The position numbers and the translations under genes were made by a program. Positions 41,659 through 59,667 of a stretch of 64,000 nucleotides of DNA are shown one piece after another. Under the pieces are notes generated by a model, which was not told the origin of the DNA, searched no databases, and saw only the letters and a list, made by a program, of their open reading frames with translations. Location of the stretch: NCBI RefSeq assembly GCF_009914755.1, contig NC_060946.1; one strand, given 5' to 3'. Every line of letters begins with the position of its first letter. Positions within the stretch are counted from its first letter, which is position 1. The stretch comes from the human T2T-CHM13v2.0 reference genome, Homo sapiens.

Positions 41659-43009
41659 ATTGGCCTGTGAGCATGGGTTTGATTTTCAAACAGGACTCGG
41701 AGGGTAGGGACAAACAGTGCTGTCACCCTTAGGTGCTGAACACTCAGAAATGGGCCAGCGGCAGCCCTTCCCTCACCTGCAGACACCAGATTGGGCAGAA
41801 CAGCACGTGGCACTTGCAGCTCTTGCAGTGAGGGCAGAACCCAGTGTCAACCCTTCTGCCTGTGGGAGGGGCTGCTGAGGCCTGCGGAGAGGCCAGGGTG
41901 GAGGCTCGTTCCCTTGTCCAGCCCTTGGCGTGGTCTCCACCAGGTCCCCAGCCCACCAGTGTAGGCCGCCCCTGAGCCTGCTGCTGCCACGGGCCCTGTC
42001 TCTACCCAGGACGCCCCCCGACCCTCGCAGTGTCAGGGAAATGATCATGGTGGTGGTGACACTCCGCAGGCAGGGCTGCTGAGAGAAGCTGAGAAGGGTC
42101 ACACTGCAGGCAGGGGCCCGTGTGACAAGCCCCTCTCACCCCGAGAGAGCTGACCAGGCAGCTCACGAGCAGAGCCACATCCCGGGAGTCCGAGAAAGGT
42201 CCTGGCTGGGCTCAGCCACCTCATTGGCCACGGGCAGCCTTTGTCGTGTGAGCCTTGCTCTCCTGGGGAGGCTCAGGCTGACGGCTGATGTGGGCATTGC
42301 CGAGGGTAACCTGTGGCCCAGTGTATATGGCCGGGTCTCCTCAAGCTGCATTCATTCAAGTAGGACCCAGGGTGCATGCCCATCTCCAGCCCAGGGCAGC
42401 TCCCCTGTAAGCTGGGTGAGCTACTGAAGCCAAGGTGGGAGGCAGCTGACAACACCACCCACGGCCCATGCAGAGGTGGTAGAAAGGCTGGACTCAGCAG
42501 GAACACCAAATCCCGGACCAGGCAGAAACCACCCAAGACTGAGGGGCTCGTGCCAGAGCGGTGGCCACAGGTAAGAACCCCGGCCCAGGCTGTGTGGCAG
42601 GAAACCTCCATGTCCCAGGGCTTAGCATAGCAAAGGAAGACCAGCCGGGTCACCCTGGTGGCCATCTGTCCCTGTCCCACCTGCAGAGTCAGAACAGCCT
42701 CTCCCCAGTGGGGATCATCTCTCTCTGCCAAAGCAACAGCGGTCCCTGCCCCAACCAGACTACCCCACTCAGTGGGGTTACGGATGCTGCTCCAGCATCC
42801 TAACACTGCCCAGCTGGTGCCTGCCTGTGCTCACCCACAACCCCCAGGCCGGCCTTCCCTGCAGCCTGGGCTTGGCCACCTTGGCCTGATTGAGCACTGA
42901 GGCCTCCTGGGCACCCAGCCCCATCACTGCACCTGCTGCTTCCAGCCCCACCCCACCGGCTCAGGGGTTCTTCCCAGCGGCGCTGATCATGAAGTCAACA
43001 TGCACGCAA

Positions 43010-46000
43010 GTCGTCTCAGGAAACTTTTTAATGAAAGTGTCGGCCACGGTGGTGTGTAGGTGGCTGAGCTCAGATTGCAGCTGCTAAGACACCAGCCACT
43101 TACCAAGAGAAAGCCAGGCTGCTTCAAACCCAGGGCCGGAGGCAAAAAAGCATCACTTCCAGCCGGGGAGTCTGGAAGCCACGCCTTGTGGGAGGTCACA
43201 CTGGCATCTAGGCCTTCGCCTGCACTGCAGAAGGAGAGCCGGGTCCCCCTCCTGGAGAACGCTGCGTTCCCCAGCCCCACACCGGCTTTGCCACCACACA
43301 GGCTGTTGAGGCAGGAGGCGGGTAAGACGTAGCTGTAGACCCAAAGCAACCACCAGCCCTGGGACCCTGCGGGAGAGGAGCACTTTTAGAACATGGAAAA
43401 ATGTGGTCATCCCATCATTAGACAGCACACATCCTACATAAATAAAAAGTCGTATGGGGAAGGAGGTTGGGGAGGGAATAAAAAATTGGCACAGACATTG
43501 ATAGACTGGTTTCCAGTTTCAAGGTAACAGATGCACATCATGAGACCAGAGGAGGCAGAGACAAGGGCTGAATTTGGCTTTTCTAAGCAACATGTGTTCC
43601 TGCGCAGGGCTGAATGGTCGCTGAGACAGAGATGGAAGCCAGGACAAGGGAGCCCACCGGGCCCAGATAGGTACAGAGAGCAGAGGCTCCTGTTCTGTCC
43701 TCACCACCCATGAGGGTGACACTGCTTGTAAATGGTGGCTGTGCTCTCCCAGCAAGAAAAAAGCACAACTAAATCCACACTGCACACAGACGCAGACAGA
43801 AAGCCTTCAAGTGGCTCTGTTTTCTGCTCCCTGCCTTGCCAGGTCCACAAGCAGAGAGGAGTGTCAGGCACATGGCCCCGCTGTCAGGCTCCCCAGTGAG
43901 CTGTAGGCTCAGCAGGAGCTGCCCACTGACACACAGGGGACACCCACTCCTGCCACCTTGGGAGCGGTTGCCAGACAGAGCCGCACTGGGTGCTGGTGTC
44001 ATCCAGGGACCCCACACACTTCCTTAAATGTGATCCTGCTTCCCTCTGGGCAGCTGCATCCTCTCCTCCTGCAGGACCGTCTGGAAACTTGGCTCTCAGT
44101 TTGATCTCCCTTCTCTCCTCTGCCTGCCCCAAGCCCCTCTTTCTAAAAAAGTGATGCCATGTTCATGGGGTTATTTCTTGAAAATACTTGGCGGCCTCCA
44201 TGCTTCTGTTTTCTTTGAGCCAGGTGGTCAGGAGGGCTTACAAAGAATGCCTGGGCTCCCCCGCAGGTGCCGGCAGATGGGGTAGCGAATGGTCCTGTGC
44301 CTCCACCTGCTCCGGGAGGGAGTCTCCCGTCTCTAGGCCTGGCCCCTTCCTAACCCTCCACGTATCCTGTTCTCCAGAGACTTCAGAACCCACTCCTGAG
44401 AACAGCGGAGCCAGGCGCTTAGAGGAAGACCAAATGCTGCCAGGACACGGATTGTCCAGGGATTACATTCCAGCATCTTATTAGGTATCTGGATCTGTTG
44501 GGGAAAAAATTAGAAACTATGTATAAAACTTAAAAATATTCAAGTATCAAAAGGTTATTTAGGATGAAAGTTTTAAAACAAGTCATCAGCAAGCTGCTGC
44601 CACCAAGTGGAGACTTATACAAAAGTTGAGCGAGTCCACTGAGCTGAGAGGACAGAAATGAAGTCACCTGTGCTGGGGCAGGGGCAGGGACACTGGGGGC
44701 AGGGAGTGTGTGGGCAGAGAAGCCAGAGAAGTCCAGGCCTGTGGAAGCCAAACAGGAGAGCGTGGGCCGGAAGGGCGGTCAGGATCGGGGGACGAGGTCG
44801 CTCTCCCTGGAGAACGAACCCTAAAGTGCGTAGCCTGGGGTTCCCTCCCTGGGGGTCCTGTCCCCCGACGTTTCACGGGCCTTCTGAGCTGCCTTCCAAG
44901 GAGGACTAACACGGCAACAAAAGACCCATTTCTGCACAAAAATCCTTCTGGGAAGAAAAAGAAGAAAGCCAAGAATGGAGTCAAAACGCTACCCAGTGCT
45001 GACTAAGCCTCTCAAACCCTGTTCTAAGTGGAGTGTGGTTTCTAAGTCAGGGAAATGGAAGAGGCCCCACCCACACAGGGACAGGGCCACGGCCCCCACA
45101 GGATGAAGCAGCAGCGTTTATTCAAGATACAACAGTGAGGGAATCCGGTCACGTTCCCTTCTCCCCAGAGAGGGCACTTCTTGACAAGTGATTCAGTAGA
45201 AATCTTTTAGACTCTATAAGTTAAGTTCATAAAAACCATTGCTTTCACCCTGTCTCCGAGGGCCAGGCCTGGACTCAGAGATGAACTGGCTTGGGGCGCC
45301 CTCGGGTGGCCGCATAAAAAACCCACAGTCTGAGGCCAGCCTGGGGCTTTCAGACCTGGGCGGGATCTGCCCAGGCCACCTGTCCTTCTGCTTTGGGCCG
45401 CTGTCTCTTGGCAGATGGCCTGACACCTGGGGGTGGCCCAAGGATGCCTCAGAAAATCTTGATTCCCACTCTACAGATGGCCCGATTAGCCAGAGGTTTC
45501 CAGGCCATCTGTCCGCCTCCAGGAGATGGACTGGGACCTTTAGACATCGGTGGAGAACAGGATGCTCTGTCTCTTGCTGTCCAGGGCAGGGATGGCCTCC
45601 AGCCGCAAGAAGTACAGCAGCACCTCGACCTGCCCTCGCAGAGTGGGGAAGAGGAGAGTGGCTCAGAGCGGGGCTCACAGCTGCTGGTGGGGAGGTCTTT
45701 GGGGCCCAAGTCCCCAAGTCCACCTCAGGTGCTAGAAACCCCTGCTGGTGTCATGAACCCCTTACAGTGAGACGGGGGTGGGGTGGGGTCCTGACAAGGC
45801 ATGACTTGTTGGGTGGGGGGTGGTTATTTATTTTAGAGATGCACAGGGCCTTGCTCTGTCCCCCAGGCTGGAGTACAGTGGCTCCATCATGGATCACTGC
45901 AGCCTCTAACTCCTGGGCTCAAGCAATCCTCCTGTGTCAGCCTCCCAGATACCTAGGATTACAGATGTGTGCCACAATGCCTGCCTAATTTTTCTTTGTA

Positions 46001-49000
46001 TTTTTTCTGGAGATGGGGTTTGCTACATTGCCCAGACTGGTCTCAAACACCTGGGTTCAGTTGTCCTGCCTCGGCCTCCCAAAGTGCTGGGATTACAGGC
46101 ATGAGCCACCACACCCGAACACTTGGGGTGGTTTTAAGCCCCCAGCAAGGTGCACCAGCAGGACCAGGAGGTGGCCTGGGCACCCCCTATCACTCCCATC
46201 CATGCAAACCTAGGCAAGTCCCTCTCTCTGAATCTCAGCCACCACCACATACAATGCAAGTCGGAAGATGGGCAGGACTGGGGGTGGGGCAGGCAGAGAC
46301 CACCTCTGTCAGGCTGGGGTTGCATGGGCTGGAGACTGTCTTCCCATACCTGAGACATGACCTCCAAGGACCTGCTGTCAGTCATGGTGATGGGCTGGCT
46401 GGGGTTGGCAGGGAGCTTGCTCTCCTTCTCGGAGGGCCGGAGCAGCGTGGGGCCAAAGACAGTGGCGAGGTTGTGCAGGGACATCTTATTGACTGCTTCC
46501 TTCTCTGCCACCCTGTAGAGGACGGAAGCAGAGGGTGCTGTTTCAACGCCACCACCAGGAGAGAGGCAGAGGGGCTGTGCCGTGCTAGAGTCCTCAGGGA
46601 GGGAGTGACCTCGACCCTGGCTGTGCTGCAAGCTGACTCCAGCCTTGGTACTTCTGGGTCTCAGTGGCCCAGGACAAGGGGCCAGCTCTGGGCTGATGGG
46701 GAGGTCTTCATGATGTGCTTGGGAGGGAAGAGGCGGGTCCAAGTGCACTGCTGGCCACGGCCAAAGCTCTGAGCTCTTTGTTAAGGCCACAGTGCAGAGG
46801 GAGGCGGGTGGCAAAGAGGAGAGGCAGGGGCGGGGGTGGCAGTGGTGCTAGTCCTTAGAAGCAGTGAGTTACTGCAGACAGGGGTCGGGGGAAAAGGTCC
46901 TTGGTGCTGGGGGTCTGGTGGGAGCAGAGGGGCACCCCAACGGCCTGGAGACCTGGAGTCCTGGGCAGCCACAAGAGAGCTGGGCTACCTTTCCAGGCGG
47001 TCTAGAAGGAAAAGGAAGGTGAGCAGGTTGGCCTCCGGCAGGGACAACAACAGGTTGAGCATGCAGCTCTTCCTTGCAACTGGGTCTGAAAGAGCTGCAG
47101 GAGGCAGTGGGTGACTCCCCTGGGTTACGACAAGCCGGAGACCTCTCCCGAGGTGGTCACATGGAGCGCCCGGGACACGAGTCCTTGCGCAGTTTAGGCT
47201 TGTCATCATCGTCACACCCACAGCGCTGGCCGCCAGTGAGGACCCTGTGAGGGGCACCTGTGTGGGGTGTGAACCACCTGAACGCCTTTTCTCTACCTCG
47301 CAGGGCTCAGCAGCACCCGGTGAACAGCAGCAGGAGGAGCCGCTAGAGCAGCTGCTCATGGGCAGAGCAGCCCTTGGGCAACTCCTGCCACCACCCCCTC
47401 CCCAGGGAGCCCAAGGCAGGGGAGGCTCAGCATGGAATGAAACAGGGGAGTGAGGGACACAAGGAGGTGGGAAGTGGGAGGGTCCCAGCCCCACCAAGTA
47501 CGCAGAGACCCCCTTGTCGTCCTGGACACCACAGGGGCACCTGCAGGCTGGGAGACCAGGTCCTCTGTGCATGGGCCCGGGAGGCAGACCTGCCCCAAGG
47601 GTGATGCAGAGGCCACAGGTGCTGCACGCTCCAGCGCCCACTCTAGACATCAGCCTCCAGGTTGACTAAGGGTCAGGTCATGTTTGAAACCATGCTTGGC
47701 TGGACCGGGACCCATGGCAAGAGCACCTGGGCACCAGTGTTTAGCCCTGGTCTGCAGGAAGGAGGACAGCAGACTTTAGGACCCCACAGCATGGCAGTGC
47801 TGACCATTTCACCCACTTGGCCTCCTTGAGGAATAGGGATGGGGAGCCCTCTGGGGATGAGCAAGGCCTTCCAGGACAGGCTCGGTTCTGGTCCCCTGCT
47901 TTTTGAGGTTGGGTTAAAATGCCGACCATGGCAGAGGGGTCACAGCTCAGGTTCCCACACCTCACTTTTCACAGCCTCCAAGGGCAGCAGTGCACATGGA
48001 GGAGACGTCTCCCACGAGGCCAAGGCCTCCAATGCTCACCGATGCCCTCTGCGAAGCTGGGGTAGAACTCGTCAGTGAAGAGGGGCTCAGGCAGCTCACG
48101 GAAGTACAGCTTCAGCGTGCCTGCGATGGCGTTCATGTCCGTCTCGCTCATCATCACCGACATGTCCTTCTTATCTGGAAAGAGCACGGAAATGCAGCGG
48201 CCTCCTTGAAGATCCTGAGTGAGTCACCTGCCATCCCTGCCTTGGCTAAAGCACCGTCCCTGCTATGCTGACCACTGTGTGGGTCCCTCCCGGGCTTTGA
48301 GCAGCTCATCTGACTCCTCCCAAGAGCTGTGCATGGTTCTGTGTCTGCAGAGTTGATAGGGGTGCATGGGCATTCCCATTCCTCTCCCCTGCTTGGCCTG
48401 ATGTGATGGCCAGGAGGAGGCCAGCATGGCAGGACACAGCTCCTGCGTGGGGATTGGGTGGCTCTGCCCTGTACATAGCAACCACCCCTGCACCAGTGTC
48501 GTCTGATGGCAGGAAGGCCGTGGGAGAATCTGATTGGTTTCAGTGTTTGAACCGGTGTCTTCCTTTGGACCCAATTGGCCATTGGTGCTTACATCCTCAC
48601 CACAGGCCAGGTTCATTCTGGGCCCCCAGAGGGAGCTGAAACTACCACAGGGCCCTCCCAGGGATGCTGGGCATTCTAGGGGTCCTGGTCAGGGTGGGTG
48701 GTGTGTGCTGCAAAGAAGGATCTGCAGGCACAAAATCCTGTTGCTTTGAAGATGCTGGGAGGGACCCTCTGGGGTCTCAGTGCCCTCCCCTGGCATTTGA
48801 GGCAGGTCCGGGTCCTTCAAAGCCTGTGAGGGTTGGTGAGATGGAGGCGGAGAGGCTGCAGCCCCGGCCTGCGCTGAATTTCATCAGTGCCCTCTGCCCA
48901 CCACATCCTCATACAGGGCAGTGGACAGACCGCACTGAGTCCTGGGCTTCCACCTCCTGTCCACCCCCAAGGCAGGAAGGCCAAGTCCCCACAGAAGCCC

Positions 49001-49373
49001 CTGGTCCACTCCACCAAGTGGCATGAGTGGGTACGATGGTGTAAAAACTGGCTTCTATAGAAGCTGTTTGTACAACTCTTGTTTTCTCTTTTTTTAAAAT
49101 AATAAAACAGTAAATGAAGAAAAGACACAGAGAAGGATGTGACATGCCTGGGCCATGGAGCACTCTGAGATCTCATCGCGGACACCACTGCCCACACCTC
49201 CATCCCGTCCTGCGCAGGCCAACACTCACTGACATCGAAGGCTGCCTTCAGTGCCTGGATGTCTGCGGCCACACCGGCCGGACACGTGGTAGATGCCCAC
49301 CTCCTCCATGCCTCGGCGCTCGATCTCCTCCACGCACTGGCGCACGATGTAGGGCACCTTGGACCTCTCTCTC
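43010..49373 (-). pseudogene. BCRP1: BCR 3'-end duplicated pseudogene (RhoGAP exons 49373-49230, 48174-48040, 47094-46989, 46512-46350, 45629-45540 stop, then 3' UTR to about 43010)
   Basis: Translates [28 protein letters not shown]..., [39 protein letters not shown] and ...SILFSTDV*. Splice sites intact; 4-bp CCGG duplication frameshift; polyA signals at 45117-45122 (AATAAA) and 43027-43032 (ATTAAA). Paralog number recalled. Confidence 0.9.
45820..46116 (-). mobile_element. AluJ in the last BCR-like intron
   Basis: Alu consensus. Confidence 0.85.
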
Positions 49374-50904
49374 CTGTGGGAGGGGGGAATGTTCTCAGTG
49401 TCCTAACAGCCCTGCTTGGGCCATAACACAGGAGACCTGCTCCCTATCTGCGCACCCGGAGGTGGGGTGAGGACGGTGACGAAGGTACCCAGGTCTGGGG
49501 CTGCACACAGAGCCTTCTGCATGCCTGTCCTCCCTCTGCAAGCTCTGTCTTCACGGCATGTGCTTTCTCAGGAACCTTTCAAGCGGCCAGAACCCCTGCG
49601 AATCACACATGACCTTTGCGGGAAGGTCAGGAGGCCTGTCTAAGTCAAGTCAGCACGGGAAGGGCATCTGACAGATTCCAGGCCTGGGGTTAGCAGCCTG
49701 TGCCCCCGGCTGGGAGATCAGACCCGGTGTTGGTCCTGCCACCCACGTGCTGTGTGAGAGGAGAATCCCTGACCCCTGCCCTGGGCCTTAACACACATCC
49801 GACGAATGAATGAAGGGTTGCCTCAGTACCGGTGCTCCAAGTCCTGCGATGCTAAGTGCTTTTCTCCTCTGAGTCTTAGCAATGGACAATTCCAATACCT
49901 CCACACAGGACACTAGAGTAAGAAACCTTCACAGTTAGAACGCAGTGCTGTGCGGAGGCCTTAACTTGAGTTCTGTTTTGCACCTGGATTTACCAGCACA
50001 TCAAAGCTGCTTCGCAAGCCCCCTCATTAGCAGGGCTTATCTGGGGGAGCTGCTGATGGAGTCCTCGCTGCTCATGCCCACAGCCCTCCCAGAGTGCTAT
50101 GCGAGTGGCTGCCGTGCAGTTGGGGGTGGGGCGTGGTGTTTAGACACAGATAGGAGTCCAGGGTATGACTGATGGAGGCCCCGGCCCACGTGACCAGCAA
50201 GGTCAGAGGCCCAGCCAGATTCCATCCTGGGGAAGCAAATGAATTCTCAGAGGAAGTGGTCTGTGTCTGCATGAACTGCTCTCAAACCAACAAACAGGCT
50301 TCTCTTGGCAACAGACTCATGACAAAGGATTCAAGATTGTTTGAAAAAAAAAAAAGGGGAGCAGGGAGGCAGAAAGTCCTGGAAAAGTAAATTGTTTATT
50401 TTACAATAAGAAAGTGATTACATATTTTTTTTTTTACAATGGTGGAAAATTAGAAGTCATTGTGAAAATGATGTCTACCTGCCTTGCTGATGAGTAGGAT
50501 GTGATTTGGCTCTTTAGGAAACTGAATTTGCAGAACTTAAGAATATTGATTTATAAAGGGCATGGCCATTGACCCAGTCCATCTTATGCAAATCTGGATG
50601 CCATAAATAATATTTAAAAATGAAAGTATTGGGGTGGAGGTTGCAGTGAGCAGAGATTGCCCCCGCTACACTCCAGCCTGGTCGACAGAGTGAACTCTGT
50701 CTCAAAAAAAAAAAAAAAAGAAAAGAAAGAAGAAGCCATTCCCAACGTTGCTCATCAAATTATGACCATAAATTTCCAGGATCAGACTAACGGCTAAAGA
50801 GACTGATGCATCAACACCAGGCAGAGAATAAAGCAGATTTTTTTGTTGTTGTTCTGGAGAGCTTCTAGGAACTTGAAAAATACATATGCCACACTCTTAA
50901 GACC

Positions 50905-51070
50905 CGGTGGTTCTTAATCAGGGATGTTCATTAAAATGCTGGAAAACTGTAAAGACTTCCAGGTCCCATCCAAGGAGATTTTGCTTCTGATTGACTGGCT
51001 AGTGGCCTGGCCATTGGTATTTTGAAAAATCCCTCCAAGTGATTCTTTTACATCCCAGATAGAAAACCCT
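50905..51070. mobile_element. MER5-like DNA transposon remnant
   Basis: gtggttcttaa...gattttgcttctgattg...ggcctggccattggtattttgaaaaatccctccaagtgattct resembles MER5. Confidence 0.55.
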
Positions 51071-52164
51071 AAATTAAAGGTGAAAAAACCAGACACCAAG
51101 TGGCATTTAAATAAATGTCAACTTTAACTCCACAAAGCATCTGGTTGCATGTGGACAGAAAGAGAAGGAAAGAGGGCCCTATATCTGGATAACTTAGAAA
51201 TGTGCTCCCCCTAGCAAGATATCTACCAAAATTAAAACCATATTTGAGGATGCTGGCACTGCGAGTAATATATAAATGATGCATGTAACGTCATTTAATA
51301 TGATCTTATTTTTAAAAATGAGTAGAGTGGTGTTTTCTAGCTGTTAGTTTTTCCAAATATCAATATAGAAATTTGCCTTCTGCAGCTGCAGAGGCAATTC
51401 AGTTTGCAGCTTGCTTGCATGTGGCCTAGAGCCATAACATGGCCCAGGGCATCTCTGATCCACCCCTCCCACAACCACCAAAGCCAGAGACAACCAAATG
51501 CCTTGGGCCATCTGGTGAGAGAGGTAGCTGCATGGCAGTAAGAGTCCTGCTCTGAAGTAACAAGAGCCTTAAGGCCTAGTTTTGACTTACTGCTAACTTG
51601 CTGACACTGCACACTTGCTGAGTGATCTTGGGTGAATCCTTTCACCTCTCTGAGGTTCACTATGAAATGAGAGGTCAATGGTCAAACTTAAACACCTTCA
51701 GAGGTTGGGTAATATCAGTGAGTAAAATGGACCAGGCAGAGCACAAAGCGGAATGGTGCAGACTGTGGCAAGTTGAGAACTTATGCCTCTGTAAAGGGGG
51801 CAGCCACCACTCATTTACTGCCGATTACTCTATCTTTGCTGAGGACAGTTGCACAGGTAGTGCACTGCAGAAGGGTAACACCTTAGAGGGGTGTCATTTG
51901 CATCATAGATGCAAAATTCACAGGCGAAGACTGATGTAGTTTGTCCCTAAAGTTTTGCTTTGATTTGCAGATATTTATCCATGGCAGTTTCCTGAAAGAT
52001 GTCTATAGAAGGTTTTGAGGAATGGGCACCTTTTAATTTGCTACTAAACTAAACCCCAAGGGCCCATTATATGCCAGCACGGTCCTAGAGATTCCACACT
52101 CATTCAGTTCCTTTTCATCATAGGAAGTGGGCATTATAATATCAGGTCCACTGTAAGAGGTGGA

Positions 52165-54880
<2,716 letters not shown>

Positions 54881-54884
54881 ACAA

Positions 54885-55798
<914 letters not shown>

Positions 55799-55823
55799 CT
55801 CGAACTCCCCCAGAATTTCTTTA

Positions 55824-55829
<6 letters not shown>

Positions 55830-55861
<32 letters not shown>

Positions 55862-55990
55862 TATATGTATATATATACACATATATATACATATATATAT
55901 ACATATATATATGTATATATATACATATATATATACGTATATATATATACGTATATATATATGTATATACATATATATATACATATATGT
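55830..55990. repeat. (TA)n/(TACA)n/(TATG)n compound microsatellite with strict purine-pyrimidine alternation
   Basis: Read directly; 161 bp with no break in R/Y alternation. Confidence 0.95.
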
Positions 55991-56129
55991 TGCTCGCTTA
56001 TTCTTTTTGTCTGTTCCCTTATGTACCGGGAGTGCCAGGAGGACAGGGCTTTGTGTTTTCCTCACTGCTGTCTGGCTCATGCATAGCACAGTCCTTGGCA
56101 CACGGTAAACACGCTGAGGAGAACTTTTG

Positions 56130-57130
56130 GGACTAGCGGACTCTGAGCATCATTCCGCTGGGCCCAGTGGGGCCTCTGAAGGGACCCGCCTTGCCCGGCT
56201 CCAGCCCAAGACCTGAGGCATGCGCACCGGCTGGCCGGCTACTTTCTTGACCGGCCAAGTGGCAGAGCGGCTGCGCGACCCAGTGCCGAGACGGACGCGA
56301 GCCGGAGATGGGGGAAGGGGAGGGGGTGGTGGTGGGGGACGGCGGCGCCTGCGCAGTGAAGGAATGTAGGCGGGGCCTCCACGACGCCTGCGCAGACGGC
56401 CGCAGCCCTGCTGGGCGCGAAGGGGCTGGCCAAGGGCGGGGCCCGCGAGGGAGGCCGGGCGGCCCGGCAAGCGGCGCTGCGGGGTAGGCTGCTTTCCTGA
56501 GGCCGGACTCAACGGGTCTCGGCTGAGCCACCGGGTGAGCTCACCGCCCAGCCCAAACCAGGAGATTGCGAGGGAGCGATGCGGTGCAGCGCGGTAAGAG
56601 CAGCAGCCGGGTTCCCGCAGTGTTCGCTGGCGGGTTGGTTTATCGCCTCAGCGCCGCCCGCGCTGCCGCGCCCGGGCGTCCCCGCAGACCCCGGCAGGCC
56701 CAGCGCCTGCGCCGTCTCTGCTCCTGGGCCCCTCCAGTGTGTCCCGCGCCTGCGCCTTTCCCTTCCCGCGCCGTCCTCGTTCTGGGCTTCGGGGCTTCTG
56801 GAACAACCCGCAGGCTTCGCCGCCGAGACCCACTGGCCTTCGTCCGTTGGTGTTGGGGTTCAGCTGGTTCTGGGACCCCGCTTGCGGCTTGACTGTGTGC
56901 AGACAGGCCGGGTGCGACCCTCGTGCTTGCCTTTCCGCCGCTCCGGGAGAGGCTGGGGCTGCCGCCCCATCGCCCGGGTCCCTTGCCTGGGGCGGGGACA
57001 GCGTTGTTCAGTGGCCCCGAGGGCGCAGAGCGGAGGAGCAGGGGCCACAGGCGGCGGACCCCGGGCCTGCTGCCGGTGCTGCTTCTGCTGTGGCCGGCGC
57101 CCGAGGCGGACGGAACGTCCTTTTTTCTTG
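56130..57130 (+). promoter_or_regulatory. SPECC1L: CpG-island promoter of SPECC1L with NRF1-like sites and GC boxes
   Basis: Very high GC and CpG content. Motifs: gcatgcgca 56218-56226, gcgcctgcgca 56345-56355, cgcctgcgca 56385-56394, ggcggggcc 56369-56377; G-runs 56310-56338. Confidence 0.88.
56440..56593 (+). other. SPECC1L: SPECC1L non-coding exon 1 (start approximate)
   Basis: Strong donor GCG|GTAAGA at 56593/56594 inside the CpG island; possible alternative donor CCG|GTGAGC at 56533; identity from known gene order. Confidence 0.72.
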
Positions 57131-57701
57131 AGACGTGGTTAATTGCATCAGGTTGGATGTGAATAATCCGGTACCTGTCTGAGGAAATTTTGCGTTTCCA
57201 GGAATTTGGTAATTGTATTACCTTAAGTAGTTAAGTCTAAGACATCATAGTCGCGGCACGTTGGGCAAGCTGCCCTGGAGATGACGAAAAGAAATCAGTT
57301 TCCAGTAGTTTTAGCCCATTTACAGAACACGCAAAAATTCTGTGATCATTCAAATGCGGGGAACCTTGATTTGTTGATATCCTTGATCATTTGTCCAAGT
57401 ACCAGAAGGGCGAGGAAAAGATTCCCGTGAACAGCCCAGGTGATTTCAGGGAACAGTGTTTTCTTTTGTCAAAAGAGCCTCTTAAGCCATGATAATATTT
57501 CCCAAGCTTATAACAGATACAAGCCTTTAAAAAATGGCATTTGCTGTCACCCAGTAGGACACATCTTGAGATGAAATCAGAGCTGTAGGCTTTGTAGACA
57601 ACAGCAGTCATTTCTGGTGGCTTCAGGGAGTGGAGGGGGACTGCAATTTTGCCAATGTAGGTGATACCAAAGGGACTATAGTAATTTTTTCTTCGTAATT
57701 A

Positions 57702-59667
<1,966 letters not shown>

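Noticed and set aside
42987-43428. ORFs in the 43-kb region as an extra gene fragment
   Set aside because: Fall within the BCR-like 3' UTR between the stop codon and the distal ATTAAA
56133-57162. Long Arg/Pro/Ala-rich ORFs in the CpG island
   Set aside because: Expected stop-codon depletion in very GC-rich DNA; the SPECC1L coding start lies beyond this window
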